Positions 1 through 8,170 of a stretch of 42,007 nt of DNA are shown here, in pieces. The translations under genes and the position numbers were made by a program. The stretch spans positions 1-42,007 of the forward strand of contig CAKKQX010000158.1 in the NCBI GenBank assembly GCA_919902235.1, read 5' to 3'. The DNA comes from Burkholderiales bacterium. Its GTDB lineage: Bacteria; Pseudomonadota; Gammaproteobacteria; Burkholderiales; SG8-41. Within the stretch, counting starts at the first letter, position 1, and the number at the start of each line of letters is the position of its first letter. The notes beneath the pieces were generated by a model that did not search any database, was not told where the DNA came from, and saw only the letters and a list, made by a program, of their open reading frames with translations.

Positions 1-6
1 GCATCT

Positions 7-537
7 TCATTTTCCCTCCCACGGCGCAAAGCCGATGGGCCGCTTTTTCTTCGGATCGAGCGGCGTCATGAGTTCGCGGATGGCATCAAACACGACCTTG
101 AATTGCGCGTCGTACTTTTTCTCGAGGGCGGCAAGCTTGCGGGCAAGCGCCACGTTCGAGGCGAGCATCTGCCGCAGGCGCACGAAGGCGCGCATGATTT
201 CCACGTTGACCATGACGGCGCGCTTGCTGCGCAGTACGCTGGAGAGCATGGACACGCCCTGCTCGGTGAAAGCGTAGGGGAGATATTTTCTATGTTGTCC
301 GCGCCCGGTCTTTAAGGTCACAATTTGTGACCTTAAACGCGCAGACTCCTCAGCGGTAAGCTGAAACATGAAATCCTCGGGAAAGCGATCGAGATTGCGC
401 TTGACGGCCTGATTCAGGGCTTTCGCCTCCACCTCATATAGGTCCGCGAGATCGTAATCCATCATGACGCGCTGCCCACGAATGAGCAGGATACGGTTCT
501 GGATAGCATCAATCGGAATCAACACAGATTTACTCAA
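7..537 (-). CDS. ORF6N (KilA-N-like) domain DNA-binding protein
   Basis: 176-aa ORF. Motifs I associate with the ORF6N family: [70 protein letters not shown] start at 537 preceded by AAGGAGG (544-550) with a 6-nt spacer. Confidence 0.8.
   Translation of the reverse strand: MSKSVLIPIDAIQNRILLIRGQRVMMDYDLADLYEVEAKALNQAVKRNLDRFPEDFMFQLTAEESARLRSQIVTLKTGRGQHRKYLPYAFTEQGVSMLSSVLRSKRAVMVNVEIMRAFVRLRQMLASNVALARKLAALEKKYDAQFKVVFDAIRELMTPLDPKKKRPIGFAPWEGK
311..337. repeat. Perfect palindrome TTTAAGGTCAC-AATTT-GTGACCTTAAA inside the ORF6N CDS
   Basis: Read directly: 11-bp arms and a 5-bp spacer. In the gene frame it encodes LRSQIVTLK. Confidence 0.9.
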
Positions 538-555
538 CGCATTCCTCCTTGCGAA

Positions 556-582
556 TTCAATGTCGCAATGCGTGACCTTGAA
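556..582. repeat. Degenerate copy (21/27 identical) of the 311-337 palindrome
   Basis: TTCAATGTCGCAATGCGTGACCTTGAA, located 19 nt upstream of the ORF6N start. One minus-strand frame reads [10 protein letters not shown], compared with [10 protein letters not shown] in the gene. Confidence 0.6.
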
Positions 583-585
583 CAG

Positions 586-680
586 CTAATTTACTTGAGG
601 TGCCATTTTGGCATATCGCGCCAACAACCATCTGGTCTCTCCGAATTTGAAATCACGATTTGTGATTTCAAATTTGGCGC
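586..680 (-). pseudogene. Decayed, frameshifted ORF6N-like fragment
   Basis: One minus-strand frame reads APNLKSQIVISNS. A second frame about 30 nt downstream reads LLARYAKMAPQVN*. These appear in the same order and spacing as SQIVT...[13 protein letters not shown] in the intact gene. No start codon, and stops flank it. Confidence 0.4.
644..674. repeat. Perfect palindrome AATTTGAAATCAC-GATTT-GTGATTTCAAATT
   Basis: Read directly: 13-bp arms and a 5-bp spacer. The central 27 nt are 20/27 identical to 311-337. Confidence 0.9.
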
Positions 681-900
681 AGTAATAAACAGGACGCACA
701 CCTTTTTCTACCCCCTGCTCGACTTTCTTCAACCGCCCGCGCACGCATGGCAGCATCATCCCATCCCCATCCCAGCCTTCCCCTTGAAGGGGCAGGTGAG
801 AACTGTGCCCGGAGGCGGGCAATGAATAGAATCGTCTTGAAGCGTAATTTACTGTGTCCACACCTCCCCTGGCTGCAACGCTGATTTCCGGCAACAGTCT

Positions 901-2388
901 TCAGTCGAGTCTGGTGTCGAGCCCGGACTCGGCCATTTCCGCCGCGCGCAGCAGCGCCTTGGCCTTGCTCTGGGTCTCCTGCCATTCGGCATCGGGCTGG
1001 GAATCGGCAACGATCCCGCCGCCGGCCTGCACGTGCAGCATGCCGTCCTTGACCACCGCGGTGCGCAGCGCGATGGCGACGTCCATGTTGCCGTGAAAAC
1101 CGAGGTAGCCCACGGCCCCGGCGTAAATGCCGCGCTTGACAGGCTCCAGCTCATCGATGATTTCCATGGCGCGCACCTTGGGCGCGCCCGACACGGTGCC
1201 TGCGGGAAAGGTTGCGCGCAGCACATCGATTGCGTTGAGCCCCGGCTTGAGCTTGGCTTCCACATTGGACACGATATGCATCACGTGCGAATAACGTTCG
1301 ATCACCATCTGCTCGGTCACGCGCACCGTGCCGGTCTGCGCGACTCTGCCGGCATCGTTGCGGCCAAGATCGACCAGCATGATGTGCTCGGCGCGCTCCT
1401 TGGCGTCCGCCAGCAGTTCTTCGGCGAGCGCGGCGTCCTCCGCCGGTGTGGCGCCGCGCTTGCGCGTGCCGGCGATCGGACGCACGGTGACGACATCGCC
1501 TTCAAGCCGCACCAGAATCTCGGGCGAGGCGCCGACGACATGAAAATCGGCGAAGTCGAAATAGAACATGTAGGGCGAAGGATTCAGCGTGCGCAGCGCG
1601 CGATACAGCGCCAGCGGCGTCGCATGAAGACGCTTGGACATGCGCTGCGACGGCACCACCTGCATGATGTCGCCTTCAAAGATGTAGCGCTTTGCGCGCT
1701 CCACCGCGGCGTGATACTGCTGCTCGCCAAAACCCGAAACCGCGGGCTCGGATACCGCCGCGCTGTCCGCCGCGTTGTCCGCCGGAATGGCAACCGGATC
1801 GCGCAACTTCCCGAGCAACTCCGCCAGCCGGCTCCTGGCGTTGTGGTAAGCACCGGGCTGATCCGGCTTTGCATAGACCACCAGCGAGAGCTTGCCCGAG
1901 AGGTTATCGACGATGGCAATTTCCTCGGAAACCAGCAGCAGGATGTCAGGCGTGCCGAGTTGATCGGGTTTGCTGGTGCCGGCCAGCCGCTTTTCGATAT
2001 AACGCACGGTGTCGTAGCCGAAATAGCCGACCAACCCGCCGCAAAAGCGCGGCAGGCGCGCATCCTCAGCGACTTTGAAGCGCGACAAATATGCGTCGAT
2101 AAATTCGAGGGGGTCGTTTTCGACGGATTGGCTGACGGCCTGCCTGCCGCAGAATTCGGCGCAGTTATGGCCGCGCACTTCGATGCGCGTTTCGGCAGCC
2201 AGGCCGATGAAGGAATAGCGGCCGAAACGCTCGCCGCCGACGACGGACTCGAGCAAATAGGAATAAGGCCGGTTGGCAAGCTTGAGGTAGATGGAAAGCG
2301 GGGTATCGAGATCGGCAAAGGTCTCGAGCACCAGCGGGATGCGGTTATAGCCCGCTGCGGCGAGCCGGTTGAATTCAGCTTCGGTCAT
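901..2388 (-). CDS. trpE: Anthranilate synthase component I
   Basis: 495 aa with full-length TrpE-like sequence ([17 protein letters not shown]..., GTRKRG, chorismate-binding C-terminal half). GGAG lies 7 nt upstream of the ATG. Confidence 0.95.
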   Translation of the reverse strand: MTEAEFNRLAAAGYNRIPLVLETFADLDTPLSIYLKLANRPYSYLLESVVGGERFGRYSFIGLAAETRIEVRGHNCAEFCGRQAVSQSVENDPLEFIDAYLSRFKVAEDARLPRFCGGLVGYFGYDTVRYIEKRLAGTSKPDQLGTPDILLLVSEEIAIVDNLSGKLSLVVYAKPDQPGAYHNARSRLAELLGKLRDPVAIPADNAADSAAVSEPAVSGFGEQQYHAAVERAKRYIFEGDIMQVVPSQRMSKRLHATPLALYRALRTLNPSPYMFYFDFADFHVVGASPEILVRLEGDVVTVRPIAGTRKRGATPAEDAALAEELLADAKERAEHIMLVDLGRNDAGRVAQTGTVRVTEQMVIERYSHVMHIVSNVEAKLKPGLNAIDVLRATFPAGTVSGAPKVRAMEIIDELEPVKRGIYAGAVGYLGFHGNMDVAIALRTAVVKDGMLHVQAGGGIVADSQPDAEWQETQSKAKALLRAAEMAESGLDTRLD

Positions 2389-2415
2389 CAGTCACTCCAC
2401 CAATACGGATACGGG

Positions 2416-2450
2416 TAAACAACAGCGGCGCGCCGATACGAAACCGGCGC
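2416..2450 (-). terminator. Candidate attenuator hairpin in the trpE leader
   Basis: On the minus strand, GCGCCG-gtttcgtat-CGGCGC (2430-2450) is followed by GCCGCTGTTGTTTA. The stem is short and the U tract is interrupted. Confidence 0.3.
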
Positions 2451-2461
2451 TCTGGAACGAA

Positions 2462-2536
2462 TTAACGGCGCCAGCGACGCCACTGTTCCCAGGCGAGAAC
2501 CGCCTGTCTGCGTATTCCGTGTTCCGCGCGGAGCAT
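2462..2536 (-). CDS. Candidate Trp-rich leader peptide (MLRAEHGIRRQAVLAWEQWRRWRR)
   Basis: 24 codons plus TAA, with three TGG codons among the last nine. It starts 7 nt after the gph stop and ends 73 nt before the trpE ATG. Too short for the ORF track. Confidence 0.45.
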   Translation of the reverse strand: MLRAEHGIRRQAVLAWEQWRRWRR

Positions 2537-2542
2537 GACCAA

Positions 2543-3229
2543 TTATCCCTTTTGAATCAACTGTGTAGCATCAAATAACGACTCTACTATAGCATCAATG
2601 TCGAGCTCGCGCACATCCTGCCCTTCGTTATAACCGTACGTGACGCAAAACACCGGACAGCCCGCGGCGCGCGCCGCCTGTGCGTCATTCAGCGAATCGC
2701 CGATCATCAGCATGGCGCTTGCCACTATGCCGAACCCGCTGCACGCGTGCAACAGCGGCAGCGGATCGGGCTTTTTTTTCGGCAGCGTATCTCCGGCCAC
2801 CACCATTGAGAAGTAAGCGGAAAGCTGCATGTGATCGAGCAGCGGCAGCGTGAAGCGTTCCGATTTGTTGGTGACGCATGCCAGTGGAAATCCCTGTTCG
2901 CGCATGCGCTCGAGTCCCGCGATCACGCCGGGGTAAAGCACGGTATGTTTGCCGTTGACGGCAGCATAGCAGCGTTCGTAAATCGGCAGCGCTGTTTCGA
3001 ACAAGCCCGCATCTGCCGCGCCGTCCAGCGAACCCGTGAGCGCACGCTCGACCAGTCTGGGAATACCTTTGCCGACGAAAGTGCGGATCAGGGACTCGTC
3101 GAGCGCGGGCCTGCCCAGTTCCGCGAGCATCATGTTGGCCGCCGCCGCGAGATCGGGGATGGTGTCGAGCAGCGTGCCGTCGAGATCGATCATGACGGCT
3201 TTGACGCGCAGGGGGAACTTGACGCTCAC
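2543..3229 (-). CDS. gph: Phosphoglycolate phosphatase (HAD family)
   Basis: 228 aa with the HAD motif I IDLDGTLLDT. Sits in the conserved rpe-gph-trpE order. Confidence 0.9.
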   Translation of the reverse strand: MSVKFPLRVKAVMIDLDGTLLDTIPDLAAAANMMLAELGRPALDESLIRTFVGKGIPRLVERALTGSLDGAADAGLFETALPIYERCYAAVNGKHTVLYPGVIAGLERMREQGFPLACVTNKSERFTLPLLDHMQLSAYFSMVVAGDTLPKKKPDPLPLLHACSGFGIVASAMLMIGDSLNDAQAARAAGCPVFCVTYGYNEGQDVRELDIDAIVESLFDATQLIQKG

Positions 3230-3265
3230 GGGGTCTCCGAAAATAACCGTTGGGAAAACAGCGGA

Positions 3266-3928
3266 CTAAATTTTGGCGAGTTCGGCGCGCATCGCACCGA
3301 TTGCCGACTTGTAGTCTTTGGTGCCGAAAATGGCCGAACCGGCGACAAAGGTATCGGCGCCGGCGCGCGCGATTTCGGCAATATTATCGACTTTCACGCC
3401 GCCATCGATCTCAAGCCAGACATCGCGGCCGCTGGCAGCGATTTTGCCGCGCGCGGCGCGCAGTTTGTTGAGCGCCTCAGGAATGAATTTCTGGCCGCCG
3501 AAGCCGGGGTTGACCGACATGATCAGCACCAGATCGATTTTATCGAGCACATGATCAAGGTAAGTCAGCGGCGTGGCGGGGTTGAAAACCAGCCCCGCCC
3601 GGCATCCTTGATCCTTGATCAGCGCGATGGTGCGATCGATATGATCAGAGGCTTCCGGATGAAACGAGATGATATCGGCGCCGGCCTTGGCGAAATCGGG
3701 AATGATGCGGTCGACCGGTTTCACCATCAAATGCACGTCAATCAGCGCTTTGGTGAGCGGACGGATTGCTTCGCACACCAGCGGCCCCACTGTCAGATTG
3801 GGCACGTAATGGTTGTCCATCACGTCGAAATGCACCAGATCGGCGCCGGCGGCGACGACGTTCTGCACCGCTTCTCCGAGCCTGGCGAAATCGGCGGAAA
3901 GTATGCTGGGCGCGATCCTGTAAATCAT
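3266..3928 (-). CDS. rpe: Ribulose-phosphate 3-epimerase
   Basis: 220 aa. N-terminus [15 protein letters not shown]...[14 protein letters not shown] is typical of Rpe. Confidence 0.95.
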   Translation of the reverse strand: MIYRIAPSILSADFARLGEAVQNVVAAGADLVHFDVMDNHYVPNLTVGPLVCEAIRPLTKALIDVHLMVKPVDRIIPDFAKAGADIISFHPEASDHIDRTIALIKDQGCRAGLVFNPATPLTYLDHVLDKIDLVLIMSVNPGFGGQKFIPEALNKLRAARGKIAASGRDVWLEIDGGVKVDNIAEIARAGADTFVAGSAIFGTKDYKSAIGAMRAELAKI

Positions 3929-4074
3929 GCGTTTTATTTTAATAACACCAGATGCGACGCGGGCATTTTACCCGTTTCCCGGCAGCGAAGTGTAAGGTTT
4001 TCCTTGCTTAAAATGCGGCCGCATGCATGATTTTGCGGCTTGCCTGCCGCCGGAAATTCGTGTGAAATGACTCC

Positions 4075-4455
4075 ATGCCCGAAAACAAATACGAGATCAA
4101 GGTCGCAACGCGCACCGCTTTCATCCCCGAGCAATCGGACACTGATGGCGGGCGCTACGTGTTCGCCTATACCATCACGATCACCAACAACGGCAACGCC
4201 TCCGCGCAACTCATCAGCCGCCACTGGATCATCACCGATGCCAATAACCAGGTGCAGGAAGTGAAGGGCCTGGGCGTGGTTGGCGAACAGCCGTACCTGC
4301 GGCCAAACGAGAGTTTCGAGTATACGAGCGGCACCGCGATAGCGACACCGGTCGGCACCATGCGCGGCAGCTACCAGATGGTGGCCGAAGACGGGGTCAA
4401 GTTCGATGCGGCCATCCCCGAATTCACCCTCAGCATGCCGAGGGTGCTGCATTAG
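4075..4455 (+). CDS. apaG: ApaG (DUF525) protein
   Basis: 126 aa with ApaG-like sequence (YVFAYTITITNNG...LISRHWIITDANN...V.G.GVVGEQP.L.P...F.Y.SG). Confidence 0.9.
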   Translation: MPENKYEIKVATRTAFIPEQSDTDGGRYVFAYTITITNNGNASAQLISRHWIITDANNQVQEVKGLGVVGEQPYLRPNESFEYTSGTAIATPVGTMRGSYQMVAEDGVKFDAAIPEFTLSMPRVLH

Positions 4456-4549
4456 GCGAAACCTTGGGTGCTGAATCCGGGTCGCACGGCGCCCCTGATG
4501 CGCCCGGCAGCGCAGTTCGGCGTCACGCATCCATGCATCGTCGCGCATC

Positions 4550-5152
4550 ATGAGCCTCCGGCTCAGCTATACCCTGCTCGCGCCCTTCTACGATCTTGTT
4601 GCCAAACCTGCGTTTGCGAAAGCCCGCGCAACAAACCTGCAACAACTGCCGCGCGACGGCCCATGCGAAGTTTTTCTGAACGGTATCGGCACGGGTCTTG
4701 ATCTGCCGTTCGTTCCCGCCTGCCACCGCTACACCGGTCTCGACATCACGCGCGCGATGCTCGAACGCGCGCTGCCACGCGCTGAAGGCCTCGACATCAG
4801 GTGGGTACAGGGCGACAGCCAGGCGCTGCCGTTCAAAGACGCCTGCTTCGACTACGCCGTGCTGCACCTGATCCTGGCAGTGGTGCCCGATGCCGCGAAA
4901 GCGCTGCAGGAAACGGCCCGGGTAATGAAGGCCGGCGGCATGATTCTGATTTTCGACAAATTTCTGCGACCGGGGGCGCGTGCGCCGCTGCGCCGGCTGC
5001 TCAGCCCACTGGCCGCGAACATCGCCACCCGCACCGACGTCGTATTTGAACAGGCGCTGGAAAAAGTCCCGGGACTGCGGGTGGCGCATGACGAACCCGC
5101 GCTTGCCGGCGGCTGGTTCCGCTTTATCCGGCTGCAGAAAGGCGCAACCTGA
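4550..5152 (+). CDS. Class I SAM-dependent methyltransferase
   Basis: 200 aa. Glycine-rich motif I (LNGIGTGLD) and DYAVLHLIL...AL.E..RV.K.GG are typical of Methyltransf_11-type enzymes. Substrate unknown. Confidence 0.75.
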   Translation: MSLRLSYTLLAPFYDLVAKPAFAKARATNLQQLPRDGPCEVFLNGIGTGLDLPFVPACHRYTGLDITRAMLERALPRAEGLDIRWVQGDSQALPFKDACFDYAVLHLILAVVPDAAKALQETARVMKAGGMILIFDKFLRPGARAPLRRLLSPLAANIATRTDVVFEQALEKVPGLRVAHDEPALAGGWFRFIRLQKGAT

Positions 5153-5171
5153 TGATCCGGCGTTTCCTGAA

Positions 5172-5306
5172 TTAACGCTTGTCCGTTTCTGAGTGCGAAT
5201 TGCCACCGGATTTTTTACGCGGCCAGGTCCACCACACGATAAAAACAAGGATCAGCAACGCGATCCCGGCCTCGAGCAATAACCAGAACAAGGGGCCCTC
5301 CCACAT
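5172..5306 (-). CDS. Candidate 44-aa single-pass membrane micro-protein
   Basis: MWEGPLFWLLLEAGIALLILVFIVWWTWPRKKSGGNSHSETDKR: a clean hydrophobic helix, then a basic stop-transfer segment and a polar tail. No clear SD. Too short for the ORF track. Confidence 0.3.
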   Translation of the reverse strand: MWEGPLFWLLLEAGIALLILVFIVWWTWPRKKSGGNSHSETDKR

Positions 5307-5333
5307 AAGCCGGCTATAATCCGCCGATTGAAG

Positions 5334-6617
5334 ATGTCTTACTTTAACGAATCGATACCTAAAATCCAGCTGCGTGGAGCGCGCTGGGTGTTTTGCTGCG
5401 CAGTACTATGGCTCGCCGGTTGCCAGACCCCGGCCCCGGCGCCGCCTCAACCCGCCGTCCCACCCGCTCCTGCGCCAACACCGGCACCGGCACCGATTAC
5501 AAAACCCGCCCCGGGTCCGGACAAACCTGCGCCCCTTGGCGCCGGCAGTGCGGCGGCGCTCGCGCGCGCGGCGTGGGAAAATCTTCCCGACTGGCGTGCA
5601 GAGGATCCGGCGTCCGCCTGGGACGCATTTCTCACAAGCTGCAGCGCGCTCAAAAACCAGGAAGCCTGGCGCGATGTGTGCGCGGCGGCCCTGCAAATCA
5701 ATAATCCCGACCGCGACACTGCGCGCAGTTTCTTCGAGTCTAATTTTACGCCGTACCGGCTCTCGAATCCCGCCGGCGGCCACGAAGGCCTGATCACCGG
5801 CTATTACGAGCCCCTGCTGCGCGGCAGCCGCAAACCGTCCGGGCGTTATCGCCATCCGCTGTACGGCGCGCCCGACGATCTGCTGGTGATCGATCTCACC
5901 GAACAGCATCCAGAACTGAAGGGCATGCACATGCGCGGTCGAATCGAGGGACGGCGCGTCGTGCCCTACTACGACCGCGCCCAGATCGAAGCTGGCAAAG
6001 CCGCGGTACGCGGCCGGGAAATCGCGTGGGTCGATGACGCCATCGATCTTTTTTTCCTGCAAATCCAGGGTTCCGGACGCATACAGCTGGATGACGGCGA
6101 AATCATGCGCGTCGGTTTTGCCGACCAGAACGGGCATCCTTACCGCTCCATCGGACGCCTGCTGGCCGAGCGCGGCGAGTTGCCGCTCGAACGCGCCTCC
6201 ATGCAGGGCATCAAGGCATGGGCGCGGCAGAATCCGGCGAAACTCCATGAGTTGCTGAACCACAATCCGCGTTATGTATTTTTCCGCGAGCTGCCGGCCG
6301 GGCTGCCGGGCCCGCTCGGTGCGCTGGGCGTGCCGCTGAGCGCGCGCAGGAGCGTGGCGATCGATCCGCGTTTTGTGCCGCTGGGTGCGCCGGTTTATCT
6401 TGCGACGACCTGGCCCAACAGCGCCCGACCGCTCCACCGTCTCATGCTGGCGCAGGATACCGGCAGCGCAATCCGCGGTGCGGTGCGCGCGGATTTCTTC
6501 TGGGGTTTCGGTGAAGAAGCGGCGCGTGAAGCAGGAAGCATGAAACAGCCTTTGCGGATGTGGGTGCTGCTGCCGAACGGTTTCCCCGTTCCCTCTGATA
6601 ATCAGCAACTGCGCTAG
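5334..6617 (+). CDS. mltA: Membrane-bound lytic murein transglycosylase A (lipoprotein)
   Basis: Lipobox LWLAGC, a Pro/Ala-rich linker, GYYEP and a C-terminal 3D-domain-like region. An in-frame TTG at 5328 is an alternative start. Confidence 0.85.
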   Translation: MSYFNESIPKIQLRGARWVFCCAVLWLAGCQTPAPAPPQPAVPPAPAPTPAPAPITKPAPGPDKPAPLGAGSAAALARAAWENLPDWRAEDPASAWDAFLTSCSALKNQEAWRDVCAAALQINNPDRDTARSFFESNFTPYRLSNPAGGHEGLITGYYEPLLRGSRKPSGRYRHPLYGAPDDLLVIDLTEQHPELKGMHMRGRIEGRRVVPYYDRAQIEAGKAAVRGREIAWVDDAIDLFFLQIQGSGRIQLDDGEIMRVGFADQNGHPYRSIGRLLAERGELPLERASMQGIKAWARQNPAKLHELLNHNPRYVFFRELPAGLPGPLGALGVPLSARRSVAIDPRFVPLGAPVYLATTWPNSARPLHRLMLAQDTGSAIRGAVRADFFWGFGEEAAREAGSMKQPLRMWVLLPNGFPVPSDNQQLR

Positions 6618-7333
6618 CGCAACGCGTTCTGCGGCTGTGCAGCGCCGTAGCTGACGCTGATCAACACGCGGCTTTTCACCGCCCGGCCGTCCTTGCGCGC
6701 CGGCGTAAAGCGTATCTCGGAAAATGCGGCGCGCGCCGCCTCCTCGAAATATCCCGCCGGCTCGGCCTCCACCACCGATACCTCATTTACGAGGCCGTTA
6801 TCATCGATCAACAGCAACACCGTCACTTTACCGCTTACTTCCCCGCGTAACGCGTGCTCCGGATAAGCCAGACGGATCGGCTCCAGCAGCGCGGGATAAA
6901 CATCAAGCTGGCGCGCGGGATAATAAACAGGGTCGGGAATCGGCGGTAATGTCGGACCGGAAGCAGGCGCGGCGGGAATTTCCGGCGCCATCGGCGGACC
7001 GGGGGATTGCTCGGCGACGGTTGATCGCGGCACGCCGGGAAGATCCCGTCCGGCCGTGTCTTCGACAACCCGTGTTACGGCATTATCCGCGGCAGGCGCC
7101 GACACCGATGCGGAAGATGTCCGGGACAGCGTAAGCGGGACGGACGGCGCCGCCGGCTCCAGTCTCGCAGAGATCGCAGTATAGGGCCGCGCTGCGGCGC
7201 GGCGGGTTGCCTCGACCTTTATGCCCGCCGCAAGCCATGAGTGGATGAGCGCGGAGATGGCGATCGCCACTGTCAGGCGCAACCGCGCACCGGCATTGTG
7301 CCTTCGGAATACGGGCAAAATTGCGACGGACAT
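6614..7333 (-). CDS. TonB-family energy transducer-like protein
   Basis: 239 aa with an N-terminal TM helix, a Pro-rich middle, and a C-terminal TonB_C-like domain (YPEHALRGEVSGKVTVLLLIDDNGLV...). Confidence 0.75.
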   Translation of the reverse strand: MSVAILPVFRRHNAGARLRLTVAIAISALIHSWLAAGIKVEATRRAAARPYTAISARLEPAAPSVPLTLSRTSSASVSAPAADNAVTRVVEDTAGRDLPGVPRSTVAEQSPGPPMAPEIPAAPASGPTLPPIPDPVYYPARQLDVYPALLEPIRLAYPEHALRGEVSGKVTVLLLIDDNGLVNEVSVVEAEPAGYFEEAARAAFSEIRFTPARKDGRAVKSRVLISVSYGAAQPQNALR

Positions 7334-7392
7334 GCCGACTTAAACGCCGCGCCGCCCCGTCTGTTGACCGGGGACGGCCCGTTGCCGCCATC

Positions 7393-8121
7393 CTACTTTG
7401 ACGGGGCCGAGTTCAGTGCCTGCTCGATTTTATCGGCCGGGATGTAACCGCCGATCTGCTGGCCATTGGCAAGATAAATGGCAGGGGTGCCACGGATGCC
7501 GAAACGACGCATGAGCTGGATATTTTTCTCGATCGGCGTATCGCAAGTTCTGCTGCCGTTCGCCACCACGGCTTTCGTCATGACATCGTCCCATGCCTTG
7601 ACGCGGTCCTTGGCGCACCACACCGCTTTCGATTTTTCAACCGAATCGGCCGACAGGATGGGCAGCAGGAAAGTATAGACCGTCACATCGGTGATCTTGG
7701 CGAGCTCCCGGTGCAGTTGCTTGCAATAACCGCAATTCGGGTCCTCGAACGTGTAAAGCGTGCGCTTGCCATTGCCGTGCACGCGCTTGAGCGCCTGGTC
7801 GAGCGAGCCGTTCAGGGTTTTCGCCACCGTCTGGCCGGCGCTGTTTTGCGTCAGATTGCGCGGCGGCAAAGTGCGCACATCGTAGAGATTGCCGGCAAGA
7901 AAATACTCGACATTGTCGTTGGTGTAGACGACTTCACCGTCGAGCACCACCTCGTAAAGCCCGGCAAATGGCGCTTTGGTCACGCTGTCCACCATCATCG
8001 TCGGGAACTTGGTCTGCAACAGCTGTCTGACCTTGGTCTCGTCGGCATTGGCGCCACCGGCGGCGAGTCCCCATACCATCAGCAGGCATGCTGCGAATCT
8101 TTTCGACATCATTCTCGACAT
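7393..8121 (-). CDS. dsbC: Thiol:disulfide interchange protein DsbC
   Basis: 242 aa with a signal peptide, a DsbC N-terminal dimerisation-like region, and the thioredoxin CGYC active site (DPNCGYCKQLH). Confidence 0.9.
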   Translation of the reverse strand: MSRMMSKRFAACLLMVWGLAAGGANADETKVRQLLQTKFPTMMVDSVTKAPFAGLYEVVLDGEVVYTNDNVEYFLAGNLYDVRTLPPRNLTQNSAGQTVAKTLNGSLDQALKRVHGNGKRTLYTFEDPNCGYCKQLHRELAKITDVTVYTFLLPILSADSVEKSKAVWCAKDRVKAWDDVMTKAVVANGSRTCDTPIEKNIQLMRRFGIRGTPAIYLANGQQIGGYIPADKIEQALNSAPSK

Positions 8122-8170
8122 GAACCTATCCTTGAAAAATGAAAACCCGGCGGCGTTAACCTTAACTCAA

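Noticed and set aside
776-796. GC-rich imperfect hairpin (CCTTCCCCTT-G-AAGGGGCAGG) downstream of trpE, considered as the trpE terminator or a REP element
   Set aside because: No U tract follows it on the minus strand, the stem has a mismatch and an effectively tiny loop, and only one copy is visible in the window.
1033-2418. 461-aa ORF on the plus strand, antisense to trpE
   Set aside because: It lies entirely within and opposite a confidently identified gene. Its Arg/Ala/Gly/His-rich composition is typical of shadow ORFs in GC-rich DNA, and it has no recognisable motifs.
2831-4030. 399-aa plus-strand ORF spanning gph, rpe and their spacer
   Set aside because: It is antisense to two well-supported genes, has shadow-ORF composition, and crosses an intergenic region, which a real gene would not do.
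5406-6608. 400-aa minus-strand ORF opposite mltA
   Set aside because: It is an antisense shadow of mltA, Arg-rich and low in complexity, with no family resemblance.
7560-7569. 10-nt match (TCGCCACCAC) to the 3' end of the tRNA gene, considered as a possible att-site repeat bounding an island
   Set aside because: The match is short enough to occur by chance, it sits inside the dsbC coding sequence, and the genes between it and the tRNA are ordinary core genes.
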